This document shows, piece by piece, positions 37,970 to 49,802 of a stretch of 64,000 nucleotides of DNA (positions are counted from its first letter, which is position 1; every line of letters begins with the position of its first letter). The notes under the pieces are model-generated. The model was not told where the DNA came from, did not search any database, and saw only the letters and a list, made by a program, of their open reading frames with translations. The stretch spans positions 186,001-250,000 of the forward strand of contig JAFMPO010000001.1 of the NCBI GenBank assembly GCA_017654855.1, read 5' to 3'. The position numbers and the translations under genes are program-made. Origin of the DNA: Podospora anserina. Lineage: Eukaryota.

Positions 37970-38762
37970 GTCTTGGATGATGACTTTTGTTGTCATTGTT
38001 TGTTGATTTGAGTTGCCCCTTTTCCGATAACACATCCCCCTCCCGCCTTAATTCCGCCCGCTGCCGCAAATCCACTTTCTCCCCCCGCTTGGAGGATCGG
38101 AGATCGAACACTCGGAGCTCGCACGCCATCACGGAGATTATGTTGCCCCGAAGAGGCGATACTGACGGAGCTGAGGCATGCAATGTTGGGCTGGTGACCT
38201 AGGAAAGTCACTGGCTGCGAAAATGAGGCCAAAATTGGCCAGAAAAAAAATAGTAAACAAATTGGTATTACAGTAGTTGGTTGTTGGTTAAAAAGTAAAC
38301 AGTAAGAAAATCCAGCCCCAAGAGCAAACCGGTGTGGGTCTGGGAAAACCTGGGCCCTTTGGTGCCCCACATGCAATGATGCCATTCCGGATGCGCCGGT
38401 TGTTCCATCAATAGTTGATGTGATGGTACAAAAAGGGATGTTGAGAGGGTTCGGGTTGACCCCTTTTTCACCCCTTCCCAAAGTAAACAAACATGCCGGA
38501 CAACGTACCAGCACTTTCGCAAATCGGTTGTTGCGCCTGAGAAAATATGTGTAGTCTCCGGATGGTAAATTGAGACGGATCTCGAATCAGTCCAGGTTTT
38601 TTCCAGGTTAAACGGATGTCAAGAAAGTCCAATCACTGCAGGAACTACATGTGTGGCAGCCCACAATCCAATAACGATAAAGTCGGGTATGTTGGAGCAG
38701 AATCACGTTTAACCTTGACGTCGCTACCGATTTTCTCATTTCTTATAAAAATATGAACTGCC

Positions 38763-39881
38763 TCATTCAGAAACCTTGATCAAAATCTTGCCAGTCGTCT
38801 TCCTTCCTTCCAAGTCCTGTTCATCAGGTCAAGTCAGTTTCCAACTCATTTTGTCACCTGTGAAAGAATGAACTTACAATGTGTGCCTGCTTGACATTAG
38901 AGAGGGAATACAGGCCATGAATCTTGACCTTGAGTGCGCCGGATGTGAGAAGGCTGAAGAGCTCGTTGGCATAGCCCTCGAACTCTTCACGGGTGGCAAT
39001 GTAGCCAAAAAGAGTTGGTCTGGCAATCCTGATACACTTTGGTGCAAGGCGGCTGCAACCTGATTAGTCACTGAGATCATTTTGCAGACAGGCATCAAAA
39101 CTCACTTCAAAGGCAATGGTGGGATGGGACCACTAGAGTTGCCGAACCAAACTATGGTCCCTTTCCTCTTGACAACGGCCAAACTGCCCTCCCATGTGTC
39201 CTTGCCAACAGAGTCATAGACCACATCGACGCCTCTCCCACCAGTAATGTCCATCACTGTCTTGACCCAGTCCTTGCCCTCCTCGCTCCTGTAGTCAATG
39301 ACATGGTCCGCACCGAGGCTCTTGACCAATTCAACCTTCTCTGGGCCACCAGCTGTACCAATGACCTTGGCACCGACGTGCTTGAGCAGTTGCGTCATCA
39401 AAAACCCAGCACCGCCTGCCGCCGCATGAAGCAAAACCCAGTCACCAGGCTGGACTGTGTAGGTCTCCCTGGCGAGAGCCAGCACTGTCAGACCACTCAT
39501 GAAGCTGGCAGTGGCATCTTCGTAAGACACGGTATCTGGCAGCTTGAGGGTCTTGGCTGCTGGGACCGCAGAGTACTCAGCATAACCAGCATTGGCGAGC
39601 CAAATGACTCTGTCGCCGACCTTGAGGTTGAACTCCTCCGTCTTCGGCCCGAGTGCCACAACTGTGCCGGCTGCTTCTCTGCCCAGGACCTCAGGCTTTG
39701 GTGATGGGTAGAGTCCGGTGCGGAAGTATGTGTCGATATAGTTGATGCCGGAAATCTCGTTCTTCACGAGGACCTGGCCTTCGGTTGGCTGTGGGACAGC
39801 CCAGTCGGACTTGAACTGGAGAACCTCGGGGCCACCAATCTCCTCAACCACCACGGCTCTCTGAGATGCTGGGATAGACAT
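38763..39881 (-). CDS. NADPH:quinone oxidoreductase (zeta-crystallin/Qor, zinc-independent MDR)
   Basis: GINYIDTYFRTGLY, AAAGGAG, YDSVG and FGNSSG motifs. Two 3' introns; the protein ends KTTGKILIKVSE. Confidence 0.92.
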
Positions 39882-40327
39882 TTTGTTGGTTTGTGATGTC
39901 GCTAAACAAGTGGAGCGAGATGGAAAATTTCAAGTGAGATTCGGTTGAAGATCTGAAGTGAAGACACAAAATCCAGTCAGAGTATTCGAAAGGAGCATGA
40001 CCACAGCGAGCACGTCGAATTGTTTCCACCAGATTTCATCCCTCCCCGGACAGATAGCCGCATGCAGCGTCCACTTTCCCGAGTGGAGTTGCACGGATCT
40101 GGGGCGGAGGTAGAGCGGAAGCGGTCCATTTGCGGGTCCGCACATGTCCGACTTCGCCGGGACTTTGCGATAACATGATGCCGTCTTCCACTGTGGAAAC
40201 ACGATAAGGTAAACAGCACATGTGTAACTTTGTGCATCCACCCTTTTGCTCGACGTACGACTGCCAGTTTTGCAAACACCATCAAAAAATCATCCTACCT
40301 AGCAAATATTCTTTCCCAACCGTCACG

Positions 40328-41115
40328 ATGAGCGAATGCTGTTTGAGGGGCTTTAAGTGGGACGGCGAGCCGCAGGGCAAGGAGGTTGAGGTGAGCGGCC
40401 AGACATGCTATGTCACTGGTTCCAACCCGGATGTAGGCATCATCGTGATTCACGATCTGTATGGCTGGACCTTTGACAACACAAGGTTGCTCGCCGACAG
40501 CTATGCCGCAGAGGTTGGGGCGACCGTCTATGTCCCCGACTTGTGAGTCTACTCTCCGCAGCATCTTTGAGCTCCTGTCGCTGACAATCTCGCAGCTTTG
40601 GTGGTGTTGTTCTGTCCGCAGATCTGATCAACAACCCGGCAGAGTGGGGCAAACTTGATCTCCCAAACTTCATGGAGAGGAACAACAAGGCCGTCCGCGG
40701 ACCAGAGATGGTTTCTTTGGCAAAGCACCTCCGCACTCAGCACGGCAAGCTTGGTGCCATTGGCTATTGCTATGGCGGCTGGGCTGCTTTCCAGCTTGGT
40801 GTCAAGTCGGATGCTCCGCTCGTCGACTGCATCGCTGCGGCTCACCCAACTTTCCTGACGAAGGAGGAGATTTCCAATGTTGGCGTACCAGTGCAGATCA
40901 TCGCCCCCGAAATTGATCCTCAGTTCACCGAAGAGCTCAAGACTTACGCTGTGACTGAGATCCCCAAGTTGGGTGTGCCTTTTGACTATCAGTATTTCCC
41001 TGGCCTGAGCCACGGTTTCTCCATCAGGGGTAACCGAGAGAACCCTGCTGAGGTGAAGGGTCTCGAGAGAGCGCGGAGAGCGGCGGTGACGTGGTTCAAG
41101 GAGTGGCTCGTGTAG
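40328..41115 (+). CDS. Dienelactone hydrolase family protein
   Basis: N-terminal ECC..G, GYCYGG nucleophile elbow, EID and HGF triad residues, one intron. Confidence 0.9.
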
Positions 41116-42028
41116 GCATGAAGCAAACAGTCTTGATAGCAACAATACACCTACCCAACCATCCTTCCAACACAAGTTATCATGTCTGATACTTGAAGTA
41201 TTATGATGGAAATCCCGTTTTACCTGGTTGCCCTGAGCTTGAAAGCCGGTCTCTACGATAGAAAGTGGAATATTGCCTCAGCCCCCAGACACGGAGGTAA
41301 CATCTGTGAGAGCATTGGCAACGTCGTCAATTTGCAGCTGCTCAGCATTGATGGCTCGTGTAATGAGGCAACAAGAGCTGCTGGCCTATAAGTTACAAAT
41401 AGTTCACTGTGAGATGATTTGAACATTGTGAAGAAGAAGGTTTCTCTCTTGACGTGCTTAAAGCCCGCTCTAGAGTCTCTGAGTGATGCTGTTGACCATG
41501 CTTGAACGTTACCATGCAAAGCAACACAGCATCAGGACAATCAAGGTGTCACATAGCACCATGGACCTTGCTAACATGTCACATGGCCGTAAGCAACAAC
41601 AAGCAACAGTCCGGTGGTCTCACTCCAAGGCGGCATACCTGGTTCCGCACCATCACCGCCTGCTTTGAGCCGTGGCAAACCGTGCGGAGATAGCATACAG
41701 GGCAGATTAGAAGCTTGGCATGCATTAGCATGCGTGGTACGTACCTTATCATGACCTTCTAGAACAAGCACGATGTGGTCACTCAACTCACCGCAACAAC
41801 CCTTCCGGGAAAGGCCGGCTCCTTGTTATTCAAGGTTTCATCATGTATTCGTAGCCGATATCTTGATAGCAGAGTGCAGATCTCCCTTATCTACTGCTCA
41901 GTCCAGCGATTGCTTGCTGTTGTCTAGCCTGTGTGTTTCATGTTGATACCTACCTATCCAATCCACAGAATATCCCACAGAACATCTTACAGAATATTTG
42001 ACAAAAGTAACCACATACCACATCCACA

Positions 42029-43544
42029 ATGCCTTCAGCTATCCCACAGAACGGATCTGCCCTCCACGAGGAGCCAAAGCCGTACGCCATCTTTATGTTC
42101 CTCTCAAGTTTTTGGCCTCCAAACTCACACACCACACAGATGGGATCCAGATCACCTCCGGACTCGCTTCGTGCAGGCCCTCTCAGAGATGTACAGAACC
42201 GAAGTACCCCTCTACGGCAAGCTCGTAGATGTCGTCAACCAAGTCGATACCACCACCCTCCAGTCCCGCGGCCAAAGCCTCAACGACCTCCCCTCCCGCT
42301 TCCAGCTTGAGCGCCATGGCGCCATCAGACTGGGCACCCAGCAAGAAATGCGCATGATCAGCCGCCTCTTCGCCGTCATGGGAATGTTCCCCGTCGGCTA
42401 CTACGACCTCAAAATGGTCGGTTTTCCCCTCCACGGCACGGCTTTCCGGCCCCAGACCGAAGAATCCCTCCGAAAGAACCCCTTCCGAGTCTTCACCACC
42501 GTCCTCCGACCAGACCTCATCTCCTCCCCGGAAGTCCGGGAGATGGCCACCTCCATCCTCTCCACCAGACAGCTCTTCTCCTCCAGGCTTATCGAGCTGA
42601 TCGACCAAGCGGAGACCTCTGCTCTAGCCAACCTCACGGCCGAAGACGCCAACAACCTGATTACCGAATCTCTCAAGATCTTCAAATGGCACTCCCGATC
42701 CTCTGTTCCCCTGGAGACGTACCTCACCCTGAAAAAGGAGCACCCAATGGTGGCCGACATTGTCTGCTTTCCCTCAGCACACATCAACCACCTCACCCCG
42801 CGCACCCTGGACATCGATGCCGTCCAAGCAGGGATGATTTCCCAGGGCCTCCCAGCAAAAGACCGCATCGAGGGACCTCCCAAGAGGAAGTGCGAGATCC
42901 TCCTTCGACAAACCAGCTTCAAGGCTTTGGAAGAAAGAGTCACTTTTGCTGGTGACGCCGACCACGCCGTTGACGGGACGCACACCGCCCGGTTTGGAGA
43001 GGTGGAACAGCGCGGTGCTGCTGTGACCAGAAAAGGCAGGGAGCTCTACGATGCTTTGCTCGCCAAGGCTGTTGGTCGGAGTGAAAAGGAAGACAAGGAC
43101 TCTGACAAGGTGCTGAAGGAGGTGTTTGCCGAGTACCCTGATGACTGGGAGGTTCTTAGGAAGGAAGGGTTGGTGTATTTCCGCTATCGGGTTGCTGAGG
43201 ACAAGGCACCCGTTGCTGGCGCTCGTAAGCTGGAGGGGTCAGTGCACATGGATAGACTTCTAAAAGAGGGGGTTGTGACCTGCGAGCCGATCACATATGA
43301 GGATTTCCTGCCATTCTCGGCGGCGGGTATTTTCACTTCCAACCTTGGCGGGGAGAAGGACGGTGGCACTGAGAGGAAGCTCCAAAAGACAGAAGAGGAG
43401 AGCAAGAGGAGCCGTGTGCAGCTTGAGGGGTTGCTGGGGCGCAAGATTCCAAGTGAGATTGACCTGTATGATGAGCTGCAAACTGACAGTGTGAAGGAGT
43501 GTCAGGCTCTTCTTGGGTTGAGCGAGATCGTGCTTGGGGCTTGA
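42029..43544 (+). CDS. hglS: DUF1338 / YdcJ-HglS type 2-oxoadipate dioxygenase-decarboxylase
   Basis: ERHGAIR, HINHLTPR.LDID, LLRQTSF, HTARFGEVEQRG and YEDFLP.SAAGIF.SNL motifs. A short first exon (42029-42081) splices to WDPDHLR. Confidence 0.88.
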
Positions 43545-43649
43545 AGTATCTCGAGGGACTGTTTCGTAGGTAGTTTATTATGGTTATTACTTGTGCTGAT
43601 GTTACATTGATTGTCGTGGCATCGTTCAGAAGCCTGTCCGTGAATCGGA

Positions 43650-46187
43650 TTACTCAAGCTGCGAGAGGGTGAAATCATGAGGTTGGTAAAACTCCAACTG
43701 AGAAAGAAAAGGTGTCTCCCAGAACTCCGGCACATTCTCAAAGCCACCACCACCATCATTCATCATGTCTGCAGAACCTGCAAGCAGAGGGTCAAGTGCC
43801 GATGGCAACAGGTTGCTGCTGGACGTCGTTTGTTGTGGACAGGCGTATATCCTGTGAGGCGCGAGGAGAAGACTTGAATACTGCATATACGTCCCAGCCT
43901 CAACCGAGGTTGGAGGCGCCATGCCAGCAGGTGTCATCGGCTGACCAAGGTGGGTGGCTGGGTCTGGGTCGGGTGCTCGTGCCATGTTGCCTACCGCGGA
44001 GCAAGAAGGTGTCTGTATATTGGAGGCACCCCTCTCCGGGAGAAGGCGCTTCGAACTTTCTTGCAAGAGGTGGTAGGATTTGGTTGCGATGCTGCTCAGC
44101 ACCGTATACTGTGAGAGGCGACGAAGGCAGAGCTCGAGTGAGTCACGCCTGACGACAGATTCGTTGAAAGAGCATAGCAGGCCCATCAAGAGGGTGCTGC
44201 CACACGTATGGAGGTCTATATGTTCGTTAGCAAGTTGTCTCCTTGTGACGTGCGTTTGGGATGATTGGACCCACAGCTTATGTTGTACCACCAAGCCGCA
44301 AGACTTTGGCTGCGAATGTGAATGTCCAGACACTTGACAAGAGAATCTGCTGAGAGCACACATTGTGCCGCAATGTCCGACAGCATGAGGTCTTGTACCC
44401 GCGCAACCCTCGGATTGCCCCTTGCTTGCGGAATGGCTGGTGTATGTCGTTGCTTTTGGAAGAATTGTTCGAGTGCCGGTCTCAGTATGAGAACTCTGAC
44501 GTGTAGAAATCGTGTGTAGAGCCGCCTTGCTTGCCCTGAAAAGTCCGGCGAAGAGAGGCTCCCTGGGGTCGAAGCGAGGTCCTGCTGTCCATTCTCTGCA
44601 ATGTTATCATACTGAAGGTGTCCAGGCAGTGCATCTCGCCATTCCATGATCCTGGTGTCCAGATCAAGCAAGGCCTGCATGTCGGAGCAGGTGTTTGTTG
44701 GGGTTTCCGCCCCATCCTCCTCTCTGTCCAACACTTGACCAAGAAACTTGTAGAGCTTGATGGTCTCGATGTAGGAAGAGATTTGACTGGGACAGTTGCT
44801 TGGCTGAGTATTTCGTTTGCCCCCAACCTCAGATAGGTACTCGTCATCAATGGCCTCCGGAAGCCTCAGCTGGTCACCTCCAGATATCATGAGTGGCCTG
44901 CCAAACGACATGGAGATTTCTCGATCCAAAAGCACACAACCATACCAGACTCTTACACGCATTTCTTCCTCCAACTGACTGGGGCAACACAGCAATAGCC
45001 CCTTCTTCCGAGCATCGTGTGCACTCATATGCAAGCTCATGTTCTGTGCCATCCTGATAGCCAGACCAGTGATGTTCCAACATTTTGAGAACCGCTCTGT
45101 GCTCTGGAGATAGAAGCCCATAAGCAGAAGCAGCTGGACTGACTCGATACCAACCTCTTCGTCGATGATCTCGAGCAGATCAAACTTTTGAGTCATGTTG
45201 AAGAAACCACTGGCCCTGACTTTGTTTTCTTCCGTGCTGGGCCCAGGGGCAAACCAGGAAGCCAGTGCAAAGACAGCATTGACGGTAGCCGGGAAGGTCT
45301 TGACCAGGCTCTTTTGTCTACACAGGCCAGAGCAGGTTCCTGTGTTTGTTTGCGATGGCTCCCATAGTTGTCGATATTGCCCCATAAACGTAGGCTGATG
45401 AAGAATGGGATATGCACGATGAACGCGGTGAAAGTACAGGTCCACGAGCTCATCAGCATGTCGACGCAATGGCAAGGACCATGCAGCAGCGCCGACTCCG
45501 AGCAGACGGTCACAGGAACATGCCTGAGGAGTGGGAGGCGCCGCCATCCCATTTGATGGACTGGCCGTGATCCTGGGAAGAGGTCCGATCCAGGACGGGG
45601 GCTTGTCTGCGGCAAGAGTTGGCTCCAGTGACTGCCGGTCAGGTGCGGACGAAGTATTTGCGTTAACAGCAGTTGGAATGGACGTCATCGGCGGTGCTGG
45701 TGGTGTAGTATTGCTGACGCTGTGATGCAAAGTACTGCCGGCTTCGGCGGTTACTTCTGGGTTGGGAGGCACCTGATTCTCTCGACACTGGTCTGGAACG
45801 ATGATCACATCTTCCACCGTCATACTGGACTCGGCTTCACTCCTCTGATCGGCTGGCTGGGTCTGTTCTTCAAGCTCTTTCAATCTGGACCTTAACGAGC
45901 GAATCATACTGGATAGATAGTCAACTATGTAATCAAGAAGGGTGTCGGCTGGGCACTCACTCATGTTGCCAAGCCTTTTCCTGGATGTCCGCAAGGTACA
46001 CACAGTTGGAAAGCCTCTTTTTGCAGCCAGAGCAGTAGGGAATTGCTCCATCGCACCGGCGTTTTCTTACCCTACACTCCTCGCATGCTAAGGGGGCCCG
46101 TTTGCGCACAGTAGGTCTCTTGGGCGCCGGACCTGAACTGTCAGCGCCTGAAGCGTTGGATCGCGATCGTTTCGTTGCGGTGGACAT
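43650..46187 (-). CDS. Zn(II)2Cys6 transcription factor with fungal TF middle-homology region
   Basis: ACEECRVRKRRCDG..P.CSGC.....CVY zinc cluster and R.R.WYGC..LDR..S...GRP. The 3' exon structure is approximate. Confidence 0.9.
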
Positions 46188-46295
46188 GGATTGTATTTCC
46201 CGGCCTTAAGGTGGGTGGATGGAATGCTGTCAAAACTTGAAACTCAGCAGCTCGGGGCTTGCAAACATAGCCATAGCAGTACCTGTGAGCCCCAG

Positions 46296-46490
46296 AATTG
46301 CGGGGTAAAGAAGCACACAGCTGGGTATTGTGGAGGTTATGTGGAGAACAGGTTTGGCGTCGGCGCCGGTATGCTCGGGTCAAGCGGACTTTGGCTCGCC
46401 GAGCACTGTGCTAGGAAGCGATGGCCAGTTCAGGCCTGCAAGGATAATTCTCCGACAAATGCGGGGAACACCATGGGGAACTGTGCGGGG
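46296..46490. promoter_or_regulatory. Three GCGGGG (SYGGRG, CreA/CRE-1-type) sites upstream of the TF gene
   Basis: GCGGGG at about 46300, 46461 and 46485. Confidence 0.45.
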
Positions 46491-46603
46491 ATGATTTCTC
46501 AAACTGATCACTGTGACGGTGTGTGATGAACAAGTCCAAGGCAAGGCGATGACATTCATTGAGAAACTATCGAAGAAAATCTAGACTACTCCTTTTTTTC
46601 CCC

Positions 46604-48317
46604 CTATTTCGGGCCCTTCATGAAGAGGTCCCAAGCGTCCATGACCTTGTCCAGCACCTCTTGCTTCATGAGCTTCTGCAAAATGTCTCTTCGCCCAGTC
46701 TCTCCAGGGATCTCGCCAGAGACAAACCGAGACTGGTCCTCTTCACCCTGCTCAGGAGCGTAATACACCATAGCGCCCTCTTGTGCCCCTATCTTGTACG
46801 CTGGCCAAGGAGCCTCGCCATGGATGAAAGCAATGGCGTCCTCGGTCTGCTTGTCGCCTGCCTTTTGCTGGCCAACAGGAAGAAGCTCACGGTAGTTCTG
46901 CAGGACAAACACGATGTCGAGGATGTGCGTCGCATGGCCCCTCCACGGCCCATCCCAAGGGTTCGGAACGTTGAAGTGGCAGAGGAATGCCTCGAGCCCG
47001 GCCTGCGACCAAGACCTGACGAAAGTTCTCGCTCCAAGCCCAAAGCAAATGTCGGTTGCGAGGTCGAGAACAGCCTTGAGAGACTCTTGCGAGTTGGCGG
47101 TGGCGGAGGCGTTGAGGCCGTACCCAGAGACGATTTTGGGCGCCAGCTCTCGGTCGATGGGATCCAGAGTGGCAGCCAGGAAAGTCGCCATAGTCTTTGG
47201 CATTATGTCTACTCTAGCAGCCAATCTTGGGCCGTAGGCGTTGCCATCCATCTTACAATCGCCAAACATGATTCGCTTGCACCATTGCATTCCTGGGAAC
47301 AACTCTGCTGTCCGAGCTGGGTCGGCCATCTGAGCATAGGATGTGGTTCTTGGAATCAAGTCGCCATCGACAATGGGTGCCATTGGCACTTTGCGTGCAA
47401 TCTTATCCCTGATATCCTCCATCGGGACCGTCAACAGTCGCTGAACTTGGGCCGTCTCGTCAGTTTCTGAGATGTCAAGAAGCTGCAACGCCCTCTTAAA
47501 CGACCCCTCGGCAAGTTCTGGCTGCTTGGCTTTGACCAGAGAGGAACCGCTCATCGAAATCAGCTGGTCGAACAACGGCTCCTTGGAGTGGAGATGGAAA
47601 GTGCCCGATGCCGCCCCCGAACTCTCGCCAATATAGGTTACGCGGTGCTCATCACCACCGAACCCTGCAATGTGGTGTTTGATCCAGAGCAAGCCCTGTC
47701 TCTGGTCATCGAGGCCGTTGTTTGGCTTGTAGCCTGCAGCCTTCATGGCAGAAGAGTAGAGGAAGCCAGGGACACCCAACCGGTAACTGGGGCAACGTCA
47801 ATAACCTGGGGTTTTTGATTTTGGTGGATGAATCTTACTTGACACCCACAGCAATGATTGGCTTCCCAATCTTGACACTTCTCTGGACGATACGAGCGAG
47901 ATCATACTGCGGGTAAGAACTGCTCCCCGTCGCAAAGGCACCGCCATGGACAAGGGCCAAAACTGGCCATTCAGGACCGTCTGCCTGGAGATCAGGTACA
48001 GCGATGTTGAGTGTCAGACATTCCGTGTCTGACTGCCCAAACTCTGGAGACTCCAGAGACTGCTGAATCAGTGCGTGCTCCCATTGGCAGCCGTTCGCTG
48101 GGCTCAATGGAATGGGCGCGAGGGTTGTTGCGTCAAAGATGCCGTATTGGACACGGGGGTGGTCTGATGGGTACGACTTCAAGAGCTCAGCACGTGAGAA
48201 GCGATCTTTCAAGGTCGCATACTGAACACCAAGAAACTGTGTAACACCGACTGTCTTCACCACCCCACGAATTGGCCCAATGGTTGGGTGTTGGAGAATA
48301 GGGGTCTGTTCGGACAT
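46604..48317 (-). CDS. Type-B carboxylesterase (no signal peptide)
   Basis: ECLTLNI, HGGAF, YRLGVPGF, GL.DQ..GL.W and catalytic GESSG motifs, one intron near 47790-47835. Confidence 0.9.
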
Positions 48318-48714
48318 GACGACAACTTTTGGTACAAGAAAACTGATGATGGAGGTGTGGGCCGGGAATAGCTCCAAACTCAGAGTTCGAGCAAGATCTG
48401 TCTCAATATCATCGTCGTCCTCCCCTGCCCTCAGGCGATGGATCGGATCCGCCTGACAGTTTGTGGCGGGTGTTTGCGGGCCTCAAAGCACCAGATCAAA
48501 ACACCCGCCTTATCGCCGCACCCCACAAGACTCTAGGTAGTGACGACCAAATCCGCCTTGGCACACCACGGTCAACTATTGATCTGATAAGACGAGGTGT
48601 CTCCATGTTAGCATGTTTTGAAGAACATCACATTGAGATTGCACGATTGCCATTGCCAATCACACAACCGTCACATCTCGCAACTCATTCGGCCCAGTCA
48701 CGCAACACTTCGAC

Positions 48715-49329
48715 ATGGCAACCACGGAGAAACTCGTCAGTCCCTCCTCCATCGGCCACTTCGGCATTAGAACAACCCCTGAAAAGTTCGAGGCCATGGT
48801 CAAGTGGCACCTCGACTTCTTCGGTGGACGCGAGGTACTTCGAAACGCCAAGGCCAGCTTCATCCAGTGGGACGAAGAGCACCACAGAATGGTCATCGTG
48901 CAAGACGACAGCCACGAGCAGATCCCAGCCGACAAGCGCCCTACAGCAGCAACAGTCTACCACATCGCTTTCACACTCAACTCTCTCGAGGATCTTGCCA
49001 CCAGCTACGAGCAGAAGAAGGCCCGCGGCATCCTGCCCCACTGGCCTGTCAACCACGGCATGAGCACCTCGATGTACTACTTTGATCCGGATGGAAATGA
49101 GTTTGAGATGCAGGTCAACAACTTCGACACAGCGGATGAAGCTCTGGAGTTCATGAAGACGCCAGAATATGCGACGAACCCGATTGGCGTGGATATTGAT
49201 ATTGAAGAGTGGCTGGCACGGGTCAAGAGCGGGGAGGATGAGAAGACCCTCAAAAAGCGTCCGGTTATTGGGCAGAGGCTTAGCCGGTATGAGAACTCGA
49301 TTTACTGGAAGAAGCCAGAAGAAGCGTGA
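48715..49329 (+). CDS. VOC/glyoxalase-fold protein resembling small single-domain extradiol (biphenyl-2,3-diol type) dioxygenases
   Basis: GHFGI, DEEHHR, YHIAF and NHG.STSMYYFDPDGNEFE motifs. Confidence 0.8.
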   Translation: MATTEKLVSPSSIGHFGIRTTPEKFEAMVKWHLDFFGGREVLRNAKASFIQWDEEHHRMVIVQDDSHEQIPADKRPTAATVYHIAFTLNSLEDLATSYEQKKARGILPHWPVNHGMSTSMYYFDPDGNEFEMQVNNFDTADEALEFMKTPEYATNPIGVDIDIEEWLARVKSGEDEKTLKKRPVIGQRLSRYENSIYWKKPEEA

Positions 49330-49802
49330 GGATGGAACATGGGCGGTATATCGTAGCGAAGAATTGAATAAAGAATCTTTTGTGACCGACAATAAAGTCT
49401 ATGTATGCTTCGCGAAGTTTCAACCGTGGACTAGTGACCCCTTGTGATGAGGGCACTGTAAATGGCACCAGCACCAAGTGCCGTGATGTTTCATGCACAT
49501 TCCCATTCCCCTGGATAAGCTTGGGTAGGTTCTCTTGGGCCCTGAACGTTGGAAAACCTGCCTTAACGGTGTTGGTCTCAATCATGGTGGTCTGGTTGGC
49601 CTGTCAAGCAGAGTGGTGAATCCGCCATCGGTCCGGGATTGTATCGCGAGGAAGCTGAATCCATCCGGGATCAAAATCCCCGACACCCTCAACCCATGTC
49701 AATACCAAGCTGGAACAAGGGTATCGCCATCAAAATCACGACATCACAAAGACAAAGAGACATGGAAAGAGTAGCAAAGATATTGTAAGACAGAAATTGT
49801 AT

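Noticed and set aside
41931-42140. N-terminal extension of the 537-aa DUF1338 ORF
   Set aside because: It starts at a non-ATG codon and reads through an intron; the spliced start at 42029 fits better.
46559-47470. 303-aa plus-strand ORF; likewise 36951-37580, 49797-50519 and 60920-62131
   Set aside because: Antisense shadows of well-supported genes, with no motifs of their own.
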